NCBI GenBank assembly: GCA_964035545.1
Contig: OZ037771.1
Coordinates: 13,267,133-13,331,132 of the forward strand
DNA length: 64,000 nucleotides
Direction: 5' to 3'
Source of the DNA: Bugula neritina
Taxonomy: Eukaryota > Animalia > Bryozoa
Shown here: positions 41,801 to 53,179 of the stretch, one piece after another
Layout: every line of letters begins with the position of its first letter
Numbering within the stretch: the first letter of the stretch is position 1
Notes under the pieces: generated by a model
Told to the model about the DNA's origin: nothing
The model's database searches: none
Seen by the model: the letters and a program-made list of their open reading frames with translations, nothing else
Made by a program: the position numbers and the translations under genes

Positions 41801-42894
41801 ATGGGATAGAATATGGCATTAGTAAGGCAAGAAGCTAAGCCTACCTGAGTATTGAGAGGTGTGGTGGTAGCAGGGTCTACGTTAGCAACATGCTGTGGCC
41901 CATGAGCGGCCAGCGTGACAGATTGTTGGGCCGCTGTCGGGGCTACTCTATTTACAACTGCGGCAGCATTGGCTAGTTGGTTAGCAGCATTACCTACGTT
42001 GACAATAGTACTGTGTCCATCAGCAGTCACAATCTTATCTCCGGCCGTCATATCGTGTTTGTCATTTGTGCTATTGTAAGTGTTCAAGTGTGAATTGGTG
42101 TTTACAGTAGGTGTGTTTCTGTCCACGTGACCAGACGCAACGTCCTGCGCAGACACGTGGCTGTAGCCCCCACCGGACACGTGGTGTGGCGGGTGAGGCT
42201 GAATACTGACTTGTGGTTGGTTGGGCAGCGCGCTGCTGACGCTAGTGGTGTTGGCGACACCGGCCAGGGGGTTTTTGGAGGGGTCGTCCACACCGTGCAC
42301 GTAGTGTGTAGAACTGGCTCGGCTTGAGTTGCCACTTTCTGACGATGGCTTCTTGTGATTGTTCAAATCTGTGTTAATCTTAGTACTGTGAGCTAAGTCC
42401 GAGTGCGCGGACGTGTAGTCCGACACTTTCCACCTGCCGACCGTGTACGGCTCCCGCTTCTGAATCTTAACGACCTTGAACCTACTCCCTGAGTCGACCT
42501 TCTCCTGGCGCTGCTCGGTACGAGGCGGCACCGGCTGCGTCTTTACGACTGTGGATATATTCGACAGTGGAGAAGGGCTGTCCTCCACATCTGTCTGAAC
42601 CAGCGAGTCCTCTACCGCACTCTCGTCGTCCTCCTCGCCAAAACTGTGACGGCCATCCTGGCTGCTGCCCTTCTGCGTGTGCAAGGTCACGCTGGTTATT
42701 TTAAATGTACTCTGCTTTGGTTTCTGCTCCACCGACTCGGATGAGTCCCGTCTACCCAGCTCCGAGACGTTCGATCTCACGCCGTTCACCTTCTCCACGG
42801 GAGCGGTGGCAGTGCCTGCAATCTGGTCTAAGTGGTTAGTCATGGTTCGTTCGACCCTGTCGGGGTTTACATCGGCACCCTCGTTACCTGACAT
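31106..42894 (-). CDS. TSC22 domain family protein (bunched/TSC22D), long isoform, ~528 aa
   Basis: Exons 42894-41845, 40228-40123, 39338-39140, 32935-32887, 31288-31106 in phase (1587 nt). Contains long-isoform motif 1 (STFKITSV), motif 2 ([24 protein letters not shown]) and the TSC box plus leucine zipper ([47 protein letters not shown]). Confidence 0.93.
32425..32852. repeat. (GTA)n/(TAC)n microsatellite with GCA/GTG/CTA interruptions
   Basis: About 140 triplets in the last TSC22D intron. Confidence 0.98.
33919..33989 (-). CDS. Candidate alternative TSC22D first coding segment ([23 protein letters not shown])
   Basis: ATG at 33989, donor GTGAGT at 33918, phase 2, compatible with the 32935 acceptor. 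Confidence 0.45.
34017..34255 (-). CDS. Alternative first coding exon of a short TSC22D isoform
   Basis: MVPPQFCH...[13 protein letters not shown]...SPTSPSHSE, phase-2 donor AG|GTAGTT compatible with the TSC-box exon; TATA-like element at ~34345-34352. Confidence 0.65.
35195..35277 (-). CDS. Candidate alternative TSC22D first coding exon ([27 protein letters not shown])
   Basis: Consensus donor GG|GTAAGT at 35195/35194, phase 2, compatible with the 32935 acceptor; start codon uncertain. Confidence 0.55.
36679..38130 (+). CDS. SLC46 (PCFT/HCP1-like) major facilitator superfamily transporter, 483 aa, single coding exon, nested antisense in a TSC22D intron
   Basis: About 12 hydrophobic segments; N-terminal TVEPVIFL, extracellular Cys pair (KLC...LC..), [16 protein letters not shown] (degenerate MFS motif A) and RMAVIE, all typical of SLC46. 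Confidence 0.88.
   Translation: MQLLKNVNRVMTVEPVIFLFYMAFAIGVVAFQQTLYLKLCYKEYRNLSLCSDSAWQQQHPGVQSDTSTWILYSTITNLVPLVVCIIMLSGYSDKNGIALALVLPNIGSLIAVGWAIVLTVYIEWDPVLLLLTNFIGGATGYYPTMTMACMTYVIRDPDVSNLGLRMAVIEGLQAFSTALGTMVAGPLIELPDGLTYAWAVAAGCYVLSILDLTFRVKRLSAPGQQGEEREGRCVALRSCFDLDTIKKYFVVILRSREQSKRLHLYVVLAGAMISFLAYSGLVNVIFLYLTKEYGQSLTQYSVYVGLGCIAALFGSTVLVRVFTVNYPLSDMSFAVVGSAVTTIYYILLGYADQPGAYWAAPVFNIFLGYVAIGSRLYISHTLESHEQAGGMGFFSLVQSVVGLAASALYNTVYPLSLHFWPGVCCTLSAFLSIITIPMFTLVRCRDIRNGADSPAAEHNQTADRKTEFYSSYNKASETTRLLS
39001..39141. repeat. 19-bp tandem repeat (ACTTACTCCTGTGATATAC)n that includes the TSC22D splice donor
   Basis: Seven copies plus the true donor at 39134-39141. Confidence 0.9.
39444..39568 (+). 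repeat. Interspersed repeat, copy 1 (copy 2 at ~52014-52128)
   Basis: Shared TAGAAATGTAGCATAAGAAGT...CAAACCAAAATTTA.TAATAAAATTAAAGAAC.TAGGCT.TCTCA.TTTCTCCACTACTGCTCCTAAATGAAA. Confidence 0.85.
39930..39943. promoter_or_regulatory. RFX X-box-like motif GTTTCCATAGCAAC
   Basis: Near-perfect X-box consensus in a TSC22D intron, next to an ETS-like CAGGAAGT. Confidence 0.35.
40577..40780 (+). repeat. Interspersed repeat, copy 1 (copy 2 at ~45461-45671)
   Basis: About 200 bp of high identity: TTGACATATGAAT.CTTCACGTTACCACAGCTGATAATTA...CAATACTATCCTTACATA. Confidence 0.92.
41277..41720. mobile_element. Foldback/MITE-like element with ~110-bp terminal inverted repeats
   Basis: ATGAACACCAGGCTGAGTTAGAGCTGCAGTGACTAAT... 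at 41277 is the reverse complement of ...ATTAGTCACTGCAGCTCTAACTCAGCCTGGTGTTCAT ending at 41720; AG on both flanks. Confidence 0.85.
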
Positions 42895-43169
42895 TAACCT
42901 CAGAGACAGGCTCGCATTCGGTAGACACCAACTGTCAACCTGTAAATCACATAACTCATTAGAAACTTTTACAGACATGAAATACAGTTGAAGAGAAATG
43001 GGCAAAGTTTGAAGAATAAATCTATCAAGTTTTCTTAATGAATCACATGAATGTTGATTAACTTCTTAAGATGGTGGGCAGAAAGTTTAGTATGTGCTTT
43101 CTCATACATTAAAACTGCACTAATTGCATTGCAATAGAATAGCAGTTGATTGGCAAATAAACGATCTAA

Positions 43170-43328
43170 ATAGTGAGTATACAGAGTAGTGAGTAGACAG
43201 AGTAGTGAGTAGACAGAGTAGTGAGTTTACAGAGTAGTAAGTATACAGAGTAGTAAGTATACAGAGTAGTGAGTAGACAGAGTAGTGAGTAGACAGAGTA
43301 GTGAGTAGACAGAGTAGTGAGTAGACAA
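43170..43328. repeat. 16-bp tandem repeat (AGAGTAGTGAGTAGAC)n
   Basis: About 10 copies. Confidence 0.92.
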
Positions 43329-44639
43329 AGTGTTACAACGTGGATATTATAATGATTGAAACACAAAACCCCAACATCGAATAAAATTTGTCTTAAGGCA
43401 ATTAATGATGAACTGCACAATAAATCTTACGATCACAAAGTTAGCCATACAAAGTTGAAGCAGATGCAACCCATGAAATATGTATAGAAGTATTCCACAT
43501 GACACTTGAACCCAAACTCATGGTCACAACCATAGGTTAGGCGGAGTTATAGAAGTTTAAAAAACTAAAATGTATTAAAAAACAGCTTATCAATTTACAA
43601 TTGTTACTGATTCAAGCTATGAAGCATAAAATCTAAATTACCACTATTAGTAAATCACTAAATGTACAGCAAAACTTAACTTTTTAGCTAACTCTTACTA
43701 ACTCCAATACTATTTCCAACATCAATGTGAATGCCAATACGAAGAATAATATGATTTAGGAGACTATGAGTATCAGTATGACTATGACTATCAGTATCAC
43801 TATCAGTATGTCTACAGTTAATACTCTTAGTTTTACTTTTAGCTCTAATTCTTACTTCCGAGTCTAGTTGATCATCACCACGATCATCATCATCATGCAC
43901 TTGCAGCTTTGCTGATTAAACTTGGTTACTTGACCTAATAATACACTATGATTATTACTATTAGTATTAGTTATTATACTGATACTCAAGGTCATGCTCA
44001 TACTGATATTGATACTAATAATATCAATAGTGTATTAGTTAGACTGTTAAACTAGAGCACTAATTATTACTTATAGTTATTCACACTAAATTATTGAATT
44101 AATATTAATAATAAATTATAATTGCGAGTTAAAACAAATAATGGGCCCTATTTACTTGTAAGTTGTAACACTAACTCTAAGCCCCTAAATCTAGGTCTTC
44201 TACTTTTGCTCTTCACTCTTCAGCTATAAGCATAAGTATTACTATTAGTATAATAATTCAAATTGTAATACTAATAATATTAATTACTCATTTACTATTG
44301 GTATTAATAGTTATATTTTTATTTTTTATTAATAATATTAATATTTAATAACAATTTATAATAATAATATTATGATTAATAATAATATTATTAATCACTT
44401 TCAATTTCAACTTGAACTTGAGTTCAATTGCCATTCAACTTCAGCATTAACCGCCGTAATTGTCGTTTTTATAGCAACTTCAATTCAGATTTTTGATCAT
44501 TCATTAAAATAAATTGAACTTAGCAAATGAGTGGATAATTCACAAATGTTAAATTTAATTGACCTCTTTGAGTTGGGCTTTTGCGGCCCACTTACTGAAC
44601 AATTCTAAAGCTAGCACACGTAACAAACGAAAATTATAA

Positions 44640-45031
44640 TTACCACGGACTCTGTTTTTGTAGATATGTCAACCAGTTTGCATCTAAAACCATTAGTTTA
44701 TCCTTAATTATGTGTTTTAAGAATGCTTCAAAAAGCCATTTTATTGATACTTGGTATAGGATGAAATATGGTTGCCGGAAACGAACTAAGCTTGTTTAGG
44801 ATTGTGGGTAATTATCTTATGGCCATTATAAGGGCGACTTATCAAAGGTTCTCTTTAGTCTTAACATTGAAAAAAAAACACGAATCGACTATGTCAAGGA
44901 TGCGCTATTAGTATTACTTCTTAGATCTTGTAAATTTGAAACGTGTGCAATTCTCTGAGTGTTAACCCCAAAGTTGCGATTCTTAATTGATTAAATATAT
45001 TTATTGGTTATATATTTTTATTGTTTCAGCT
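44640..45031. promoter_or_regulatory. Probable bidirectional promoter region between TSC22D (-) and ALG5 (+)
   Basis: Head-to-head genes; candidate TSC22D 5'UTR donor at ~44643; GTTGCCGGAAAC (X-box/ETS-like) at 44771-44782. Confidence 0.45.
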
Positions 45032-48000
45032 ATGGATTTAATGTGGAAATTGTTTTTTATTTTGGTGAGCTTGGCAATTTTAGCTTTGCTGCTGGTAAGT
45101 AGTAAAATTAAGTCATAAATTAAGATAAAGATAGTTAAGTTTACAGTTTGTGTTACACTTACTCTTACTCTTACTCTTAGAGTTAGAGTTACTGTAACTG
45201 TTAGTGTTAGTCTTACAGTTACAGAGTTACAGTTTGGGTTACAGTATGAGTATGACTATGACTGTATTAGTATCACATTCATTATCAGTATGAGTATGAC
45301 TATCACTACTAGTAGTAGTACTACTAAATCTAATTGCAGTTTATTACTAAGTCTAATACTAATAGTAATAGTAATACTAAATAGTAATATTACATTTACT
45401 GTAATAGTTATAAATACTGAAATAGTAATACTAATACTTCAAGCTCATGAATTCACGTGTTTGACATATGAATACTTCACGTTACCACAGCTGATAATTA
45501 TTATTATATGCTGCGTGATGTAAGAGCCAAGAGGAAGAGGGAATTATAATTACATAGAAAAGTACACCCAGCAAACTGCTGTGAGGCTTCCATCAGCTCC
45601 CCACGTAACAAGCTAATATGACCCAGATTAAACTGTAGGCCTGAGTGGCACAGCAATACTATCCTTACATAATCATCATTATCTTCAAGTTCATCTCATG
45701 CTTAATCTTAGACTAGTACTTATAGTTATACTTCTATTTAATCTTATAGTTAAACTTAATGTTGTTACCTAGCTCCATTAAGTTGGAATAAAAAGCCGTG
45801 CATGGTATGGCTTTCCTTATTTCAGCATTTAATCAATATCTAATTTTCCTCTGCTGTTCTAAATCAAATAATCTAAAAGAATGAAAAATAACCATCAAGT
45901 GCAAACTTAAACTGCGGTATTCTCTTGCGTCATCACCCTTCATTTATGCAAGCCAGTTACTGTTATGCCCCCAACACTAACAGCTTTTCAAACATCTTTG
46001 GTATTACGCATAAAGTCCATGCAACAAAGATGTTCAGAGTTGTGTTTGGAGGGCTAATGAATGCCATAATCATACTGATAGTCTTATCACTATTGTGAAA
46101 AAATTCAAATTGAAATGGTATGGGCATGTCACAAGATAACATGACTATCGTGCAAGACATGGTACAAGACCAAAGACAAGGAAGGCAGAAGAAATGCAAG
46201 AAAGATTACTGGAATGGACTAGGTTACCTCTCAATACTGAATTGAGGAAAGTGAAAGACCGACAATTGTAGAAGGAGATTATTAATTTGTCTGTGATGCC
46301 CCTACAGTCTCCCATTGGCTTTGGGACATGAATTGCTCTAAATTTTTTAGTGAAAATCTGTCCATTTATATTCTAGTGCAGGGGTGTCCAATCTTTTCAG
46401 ACCGAGGGCCACTGAAAGGGGATATTCTGGTGGTGTGGGCCACGTTGTAAACTTCATTTTGAGCTGGAGGGGGGGGGGGGTGGGATATCATCAGTGTTTT
46501 TCAAATTACTTTATTCCAAAAATTTCATAAATCATTACACAATTAAGTCCCAATAGTTACCGCAGGCTGCATGTTTTGCAGCATGTGTAGAAATAATAAA
46601 TTTAAAAAGTGGGTTTTCCGCTCTAATTCATGTATCAGTGTGAAAGCTAATTTTAGCTTCATGCCTTTGAAGGCCACATAAATGTAGGATGGGGGCCACA
46701 TTCGGCCCTGGGGCCGCCTGTTGGACAGCCCTGTTCTAGTTCAAGTAACTTGAGAAGTTGAGTAGTTTTACTTTGGTCACAGTAAGTGTCACTTAGCTGC
46801 TACACAAAAACATTCTTCTGCAAAACCCATATTGTTTCTGATTGAATAATTATTATCAATGTGTTTTAACTGATACTTACCTTGTGGCTTGAACAGTTGT
46901 AATGGTGTTTGGCATAATGAAGTATTGCTACTAGAATAGACTAATCTAAATGTGTTCTGTAATTAATAAAGTTACAAGATTTCGTGGCGGTGTTTTACAT
47001 TGAAATAAACTGCACAACGTAGTATATTAGTACATCATTTATATATCTTTGGTCACTCTTTATATATGTTTTTTATCGCTACAACCTTATATTTGCTATC
47101 TGTTTTTTTCTCAGACCTTCAGTATATTTTCACAATCCTATGTGGATTAGAATCAGCCAGTTTCCAGCTTTTCTAAAAAGTGTTGACTAGTAGACAACTT
47201 ACAATACAATTTGCTGTGGAGTGCTTATTCATGATATTAGATGTTTGAAAAATTGTAGTTGGTAGTGTACATGTACCTTACGACAATACCCAAGCCAAAC
47301 AACACCCGATTGAAAGATGAGAAGTCATTTACCGACCCTTCTAGCAATAAAAAAGTGTTATTTCCATCTATACTCCATCATCCAACGGTGGACTTGAGTG
47401 TAGTTGTGCCAGCCTACAATGAAACTGAGCGATGTAAGAATTCTAAGATTATACAATTTTTAAAAAAATCTTGTCACAATTTTTGAGACAAATATCATGC
47501 TGTTCTATAAGAAAAGTCGATAAAAATGTTAAATTTGATATTCTTTTAAAAAATTCATAGTTCAACATTATTTATTTTGGTGCAAATTTTACATGATTTT
47601 TTAAGCTAAAGTTCCTATGATATTATAACTTTATATTTTCCTCTTTGTCACCTCATCTATGTCACTCTATGAAAAATGCCTTTGGATAGTTGAAACGTAA
47701 TCGTGTATCTGAAATATTTTTCAAATATGATATTTTTTGCCATGATGAGGGCTAAATTTGGGTAAACTTAGACATTGCACTATTTGAATAATCAGATGGA
47801 ACTGCTTTGTTGTGTTACAGTGCCAGCTATGCTGAATGAAGCTCTAGAATATTTAGAGAACAAACAAAAAGAGAATCCTAGGTACAAATATGAGATAATA
47901 GTGGTAGATGATGGCAGTAAGGATGAGACCAGCTCGGTGAGTATGTCAGAGTTTGTTCAATCCACAGTTTTCACTGTGTTTTTTTACCATTTGGAAAGAC

Positions 48001-50973
48001 AACTCTTGATTTTTTATAGCCTTTCCTTAGATTTCATATGGGCTGCTTTCTTGGCCGATGTAATACGTTGTTTCTGTATTACTTTCAGGTAGCCCTGCTT
48101 TATTCTCAGAAATATGGTACTGATAAGGTCAGGGTGTTAACATTGGTGAAGAATAGAGGTAAAGGGGGAGCTGTAAAAATGGTTAGTATATATGTAACCC
48201 TCTTGAAAAATTGCTTGAAACATCTGCAGTTGTTTATAGAAATACTAAGGAGTCATCTCCACCTGAGTATATACAGATTGCCTTTGCTTCACGTATTAAG
48301 TATAATATTATTTTCACTTGAAGAGTTTCTATAGGCAGTTCCGAGTTGAGAGTGACTGAGTGCAGTAGTTTGCGGTTCTCGAGTTTGGGTTTTGGAGTGG
48401 GGGGGGGGTTGGAGCTTTAAACCCACAACTCTAAACTCAATACCCCTAATTAATCACTCAGTCACCCCAACTCAATGCTGCTTATAGCAAATTTCTTTCA
48501 CTTGTTTGTGTATTGAAATAGTCTTCAGTGAAGTTTTCATATATAAATGAGTAAAAAGGCAATTTTAAGAACTATACATAGGAGTTATCTTCACATGAAC
48601 ATCATATATGAAATATGCAAGTATATGCATATCACCTGTCCTGACTAAACGGCCATATTTCTATTCCAGGGAGTTCTGAGTAGCAGAGGAAAGTTGATTC
48701 TCTTTGCTGACGCTGACGGTGCTACTAAATTTGAAGATCTGGAGAAACTAGAAGTTGAAATGGCAAAATGTCTGAAAAATGTGTGTTTTGTGTTCCATGT
48801 AGTTCATTGTAATCTTACACTAATACTCTGTATACTTACACTAATACTCTGTATACTTACACTAATACTCTGTATACTTACACTAGTACTCTGTATACTT
48901 ACACTACTACTCTGTATACTTACACTAGTACTCTGTATACTTACACTATTACTCTGTATACTTACACTATTACTCTGTATACTTACACTAGTACTCTGTA
49001 TACTTACACTACTACTCTGTATACTTACACTAGTACTCTGTATACTTACACTATTACTCTGTATACTTACACTATTACTCTGTATACTTACACTAGTACT
49101 CTGTATACTTACACTATTACTCTGTATACTTACACTAGTACTCTGTATACTTACACTAGTACTCTGTATACTTACACTAGTACTCTGTATACTTACACTA
49201 TTACTCTGTATACTTACACTAGTACTCTGTATACTTACACTATTACTCTGTATACTTACACTGGTACTCTGTATACTTACACTGGTACTCTGTATACTTA
49301 CACTGGTACTCTGTATACTTACACTAGTACTCTGTATACTTACACTAGTACTCTGTATACTTACACTAGTACTCTGTATACTTACACTAGTACTCTGTAT
49401 ACTTACACTAGTACTCTGTATACTTACACTAGTACTCTGTATACTTACACTAGTACTCTGTATACTTACACTAGTACCCTGTGTACTTACACTAGTACTC
49501 TGTATACTTACACTAGTACCCTGTGTACTTACACTAGTACTCTGTATACTTACACTAGTATCCTGTATACTTACACTAGTACTCTGTATACTTACACTAC
49601 TACTCTGTATACTTACACTAGTACTCTGTATACTTACACTAACACTCTGTATACTTACACTATTACCCTGTATATTTACACTAGTACTCTGTATACTTAC
49701 ACTAATACTCTGTATACTTACACTAGTACTCTGTATACTTACACTAATAGTCTATGTATTATAAATAAGTTAATAATCTGTCTCCAATGATGTCTCCTCA
49801 TGTTTTAGCATGATGACGTTGTTGTGTGCGGCTCTAGAGCTCATTTGGAAGAGGAGGCAATTGCTGAGGTAGTTACACTCTCTCATTACTACTGACTGAA
49901 GTACTATAATTGTTAGAACTGCTTCAATACACAACTTTCCAACCTTAATGCGAATGGATTTTATATTAGATGTTCGGAAACAGTTGCATCAATGAAACCA
50001 CACCCACGGGCTCATTGTACGAGCATTCATTTGTATAATACAAATGTAATGGAAACGCAGTGATAGGAGACAATGCGCTTCTATATTCTAGAGATCTTTG
50101 AATGTTGCATGTATTGTAGAGGTCTATGTTCAGGACACTCTTAATGAAGGGGTTCCACTTTCTGGTGTGGTTTCTGTGCGTACGCGGAGTAAAGGACACT
50201 CAGTGCGGCTTCAAGCTGCTGAGTAGGTCCGCTGCCGCTGCCCTCTTTGTCAGCCTTCACGTGGAGAGATGGGCCTTCGACGTAGAGCTGCTTTACATAG
50301 CCCAGTGTCTGGGGATGCAACTCCGAGAAGTTGCCGTTAGATGGCAGGAAATTGAAGGTAAGAATCAGCTAGTCATGTTCCGGGAATCGTCCCGCCCTCA
50401 GTAACTATAGCCCACAGGGCTATGGGCGAGACTAGTGTTTTCCTCAAAGCTATTTACTTAAAATATTGTGTTGGTTCAAGCCACTCCATGTCTTACATAA
50501 TGCAAACAACTTGAATGGGTATGTTGAGAATACTCAATCACCCACTATGCACTGCTGGGTGGTGTAGTATATACATGTGAATAGTGCATAAAGGTTAGCC
50601 TCAGGGTTAAAGAGAGCCCATCTCAAACTAGGGGGGGGGGTTGTGGCTCCATCATTTAGTAAAATCGTAAATGAATTTGTTGCACTACAAGTTGTTTCCT
50701 GTGTCTGTCTGTGTGTCTGTCTGTAGGCGGGTGTGTCTGTCTGTCTGTGCGAATGTGTCTGTCTGTGTGTCTGTCTGTGTGTCTCTCTGTAGGCGGGTGT
50801 GTATGCTGTGTGTATATATTAGAATGAACAGACTTGATTATGTCGCACTGTTTCGTACAGGGTCTAAGATAGTACCCTTCTGGAGCTGGGCACAGATGGG
50901 TCGGGATCTTCTCTTCATCAGACTTCGCTATACCTTCTCTCTCTGGAAGATTTCTGACGGAAAACTAGACTGA
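45032..50973 (+). CDS. ALG5: Dolichyl-phosphate beta-glucosyltransferase, 8 coding exons, 322 aa
   Basis: Exons 45032-45094, 47259-47433, 47821-47936, 48089-48181, 48670-48780, 49809-49868, 50120-50357, 50861-50973 in phase. N-terminal TM segment, [72 protein letters not shown]. Confidence 0.97.
45461..45671 (+). repeat. Interspersed repeat, copy 2 of the 40577-40780 element
   Basis: Direct sequence similarity to 40577-40780. Confidence 0.92.
46075..46330 (+). mobile_element. Degraded RTE-clade LINE 3' fragment
   Basis: TTGAAATGGTATGGGCATGTCACAAGA encodes LKWYGHVTR, followed by frameshifted TIVQ...GRQKK...EWT, the typical RTE ORF C-terminus. Confidence 0.75.
46379..46733. mobile_element. 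Non-autonomous hAT (Charlie-type) DNA transposon, 355 bp
   Basis: TIRs CAGGGGTGTCCAA / TTGGACAGCCCTG, subterminal GGGCC motifs, 8-bp TSD TTCTAGTG / TTCTAGTT. Confidence 0.9.
48329..48487. mobile_element. Small MITE-like inverted-repeat element
   Basis: CTATAGGCAG..GAGTTGAGAGTGACTGAGTG pairs with CACTCAGTCACCCCAACTC..CTGCTTATAG. Confidence 0.65.
48812..49750. repeat. 21-bp tandem minisatellite (CTGTATACTTACACTAGTACT)n in ALG5 intron 5
   Basis: About 44 copies; source of the spurious (CILTLVL)n ORF. Confidence 0.98.
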
Positions 50974-52013
50974 GTTCTATGTTTATATATTCTGGAACAA
51001 GCTGCTAGTCAAGCGACAGCCTTACTGATGAAACTTAGCGCTGCAATGTAGAAATTAGTCGCTCAGCTTCTCGCCGCATTTAGATGACTCAATTTTTTAC
51101 CTGTTTGTACTATACAAGGCAATCAATTTATTCATACCTGACCCCAGGTACTCTTTAGTCCAGTCATTGATATATTGATCAGCCCTCTGGCAATCCTCAG
51201 CTTCTAAATTAGCTGACACCTTTACTGACTCAATCTAGCTGACTGTATGACACCTTTACTGGCTTGTAACTAGCTGACTGACACCTTTACTGACTCACGG
51301 TTGGCTAACCGACACTTATACTCATTCACTAACTGGCCTCTTAAACTCCTTAAGTTAGATCTCGCTGGTACTATTAACTAGAGCCTGTGCACATAGTACT
51401 GTGTTTATGTTATTCTATATTATGCTTTTTATGTCAAGTGGGCTATTTCAAGCTGGCTTATTTATGATAATACAAGCACCTTTCATTGAAATGAATTCAT
51501 CATTTCTATATGCTCTTTGTTAGAATGAGTTCTTTATACAGGTTTTGACTTGAACAAACTTCTCCTTTCACCATATCACCTTGAAACAAACAAAATATGT
51601 AAGATGACATGCGACTTTCTAGTACCTAAAGTAGAGCCAGTGCTGTTTGACAGTTTATAAATGCTCAAAGAGAAATAATCCAGCCCTGGTGTGTAGCTCA
51701 GGCATGGTGATGAACCATCAGAAAGACTTTTGCTCCCTTTGAATGTTGATTTTCATATTACATCAGCAGTTGTGATGAGTCGTGCTATATTGGCAAGATA
51801 TTGAACTTAGGCATATAGTAAGCAAATAGTGAGAATAAATAAAACACTAAAGTAGCAGTATTAAAACTTATAACATAAATGCGATTTTTCATGTTTCTAC
51901 TGATTTAATACTGATCGAATCTTAGCTTTAGTAGTGTGTTATACACCAGCTGCATATTGTAGAATATCAAATATTCAGGTAGGTGCGGTATAAAAGAGAA
52001 ATTGTGAAAAGCT

Positions 52014-52128
52014 TGTGTTCTAGAAATGTAGCATAAGAAGTTTCAACCTGCATCTCAAACCAAAATTTAATAATAAAATTAAAGAACCTAGGCTTTCTCA
52101 CTTTCTCCACTACTGCTCCTAAATGAAA
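52014..52128 (+). repeat. Interspersed repeat, copy 2 of the 39444-39568 element
   Basis: Direct sequence similarity. Confidence 0.85.
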
Positions 52129-53179
52129 TGTACTCAAAGTGTAAATATGTTTTCTAATGAACTGTTTTGTTGGAATAGAGAATTCATATCAATACACAAA
52201 TACACTTGCTAGCCAATCATGTGCTGAGGTTAAAGATAAAGCTCAGGCCTATTGAAATGTTACCCCATAGAGTTGATAAAATATCAGCAACGAGGAAGTT
52301 AGGCACTTGGCAGTAGTCTTAGTTGACCTCAAGTGTTTAGTATCACTTCACTGGCGTTGAGTATTATGATGATATACTTGCTAAGAAGGCAAACCAGCGC
52401 TGGTGGGTGAATCTTCCTTGCCATAGTCTTCAAAGGTAAGAGCTTAGATCTCCGTGCAATCCTGGCTTGCAATTATATAAAAACATTTGTTTACAAAAGT
52501 TGACTTTTCTATCAGTAAAAATATAGCTGAGTGCTGTTGATGGATGGTATTGTGCAGGTTTTGCTACTTCTCTCATCCTGCAAGCAGCTGATCTCGTTGG
52601 CTATTAGATATGGTTGTCTGTTTATGTTGTATTTTATGGCTTTCCATGCCACTACCTTTGACTTTAGGGGACAAACTTCTTACCTATGTATCATGCTATA
52701 TTTATAATGGTTTTACAAAACTTTCTTTGACTTATTAAGTCACTTTCCTCATGTCACTGAAATTTGAACAAGTTGCTTTAAAACCTTTGCAAGAAAATAG
52801 TAGAGTCTCACATTGCAAGGTTATATGAACTGTGAATAAAACGTTAATGTTTAAGTCATGTAACCAAAAGTAAGTGCTAAAAGTTTACACTTGATAAACT
52901 ATTAAAATGGCAGCAATTTTGATTATGTTGAAGTTATAATTACAGCGCTTGCAATACTTGAGTTGTTCATTATTATTACGGCAGGAATCATGAGAGGAAC
53001 TCCGTGTTTTACTGACGTTATGTAGTTCAGAAACATGCAGCTATTATAATAATTAAATTATATTGAATTTTCTACGACAGGTTGGTACCACAAATCGCTA
53101 TACAGAAGTACTAATGCAACTATATGTGACTATATGCGTAGCTTTCTGGTAAATAGGTGACCTTGAACTCAGTCCCTTG

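Noticed and set aside
48694-49764. 356-aa ORF with (CILTLVL)n
   Set aside because: Read-through from ALG5 exon 5 into a stop-free 21-bp intronic satellite; the real exon ends at the 48780 donor.
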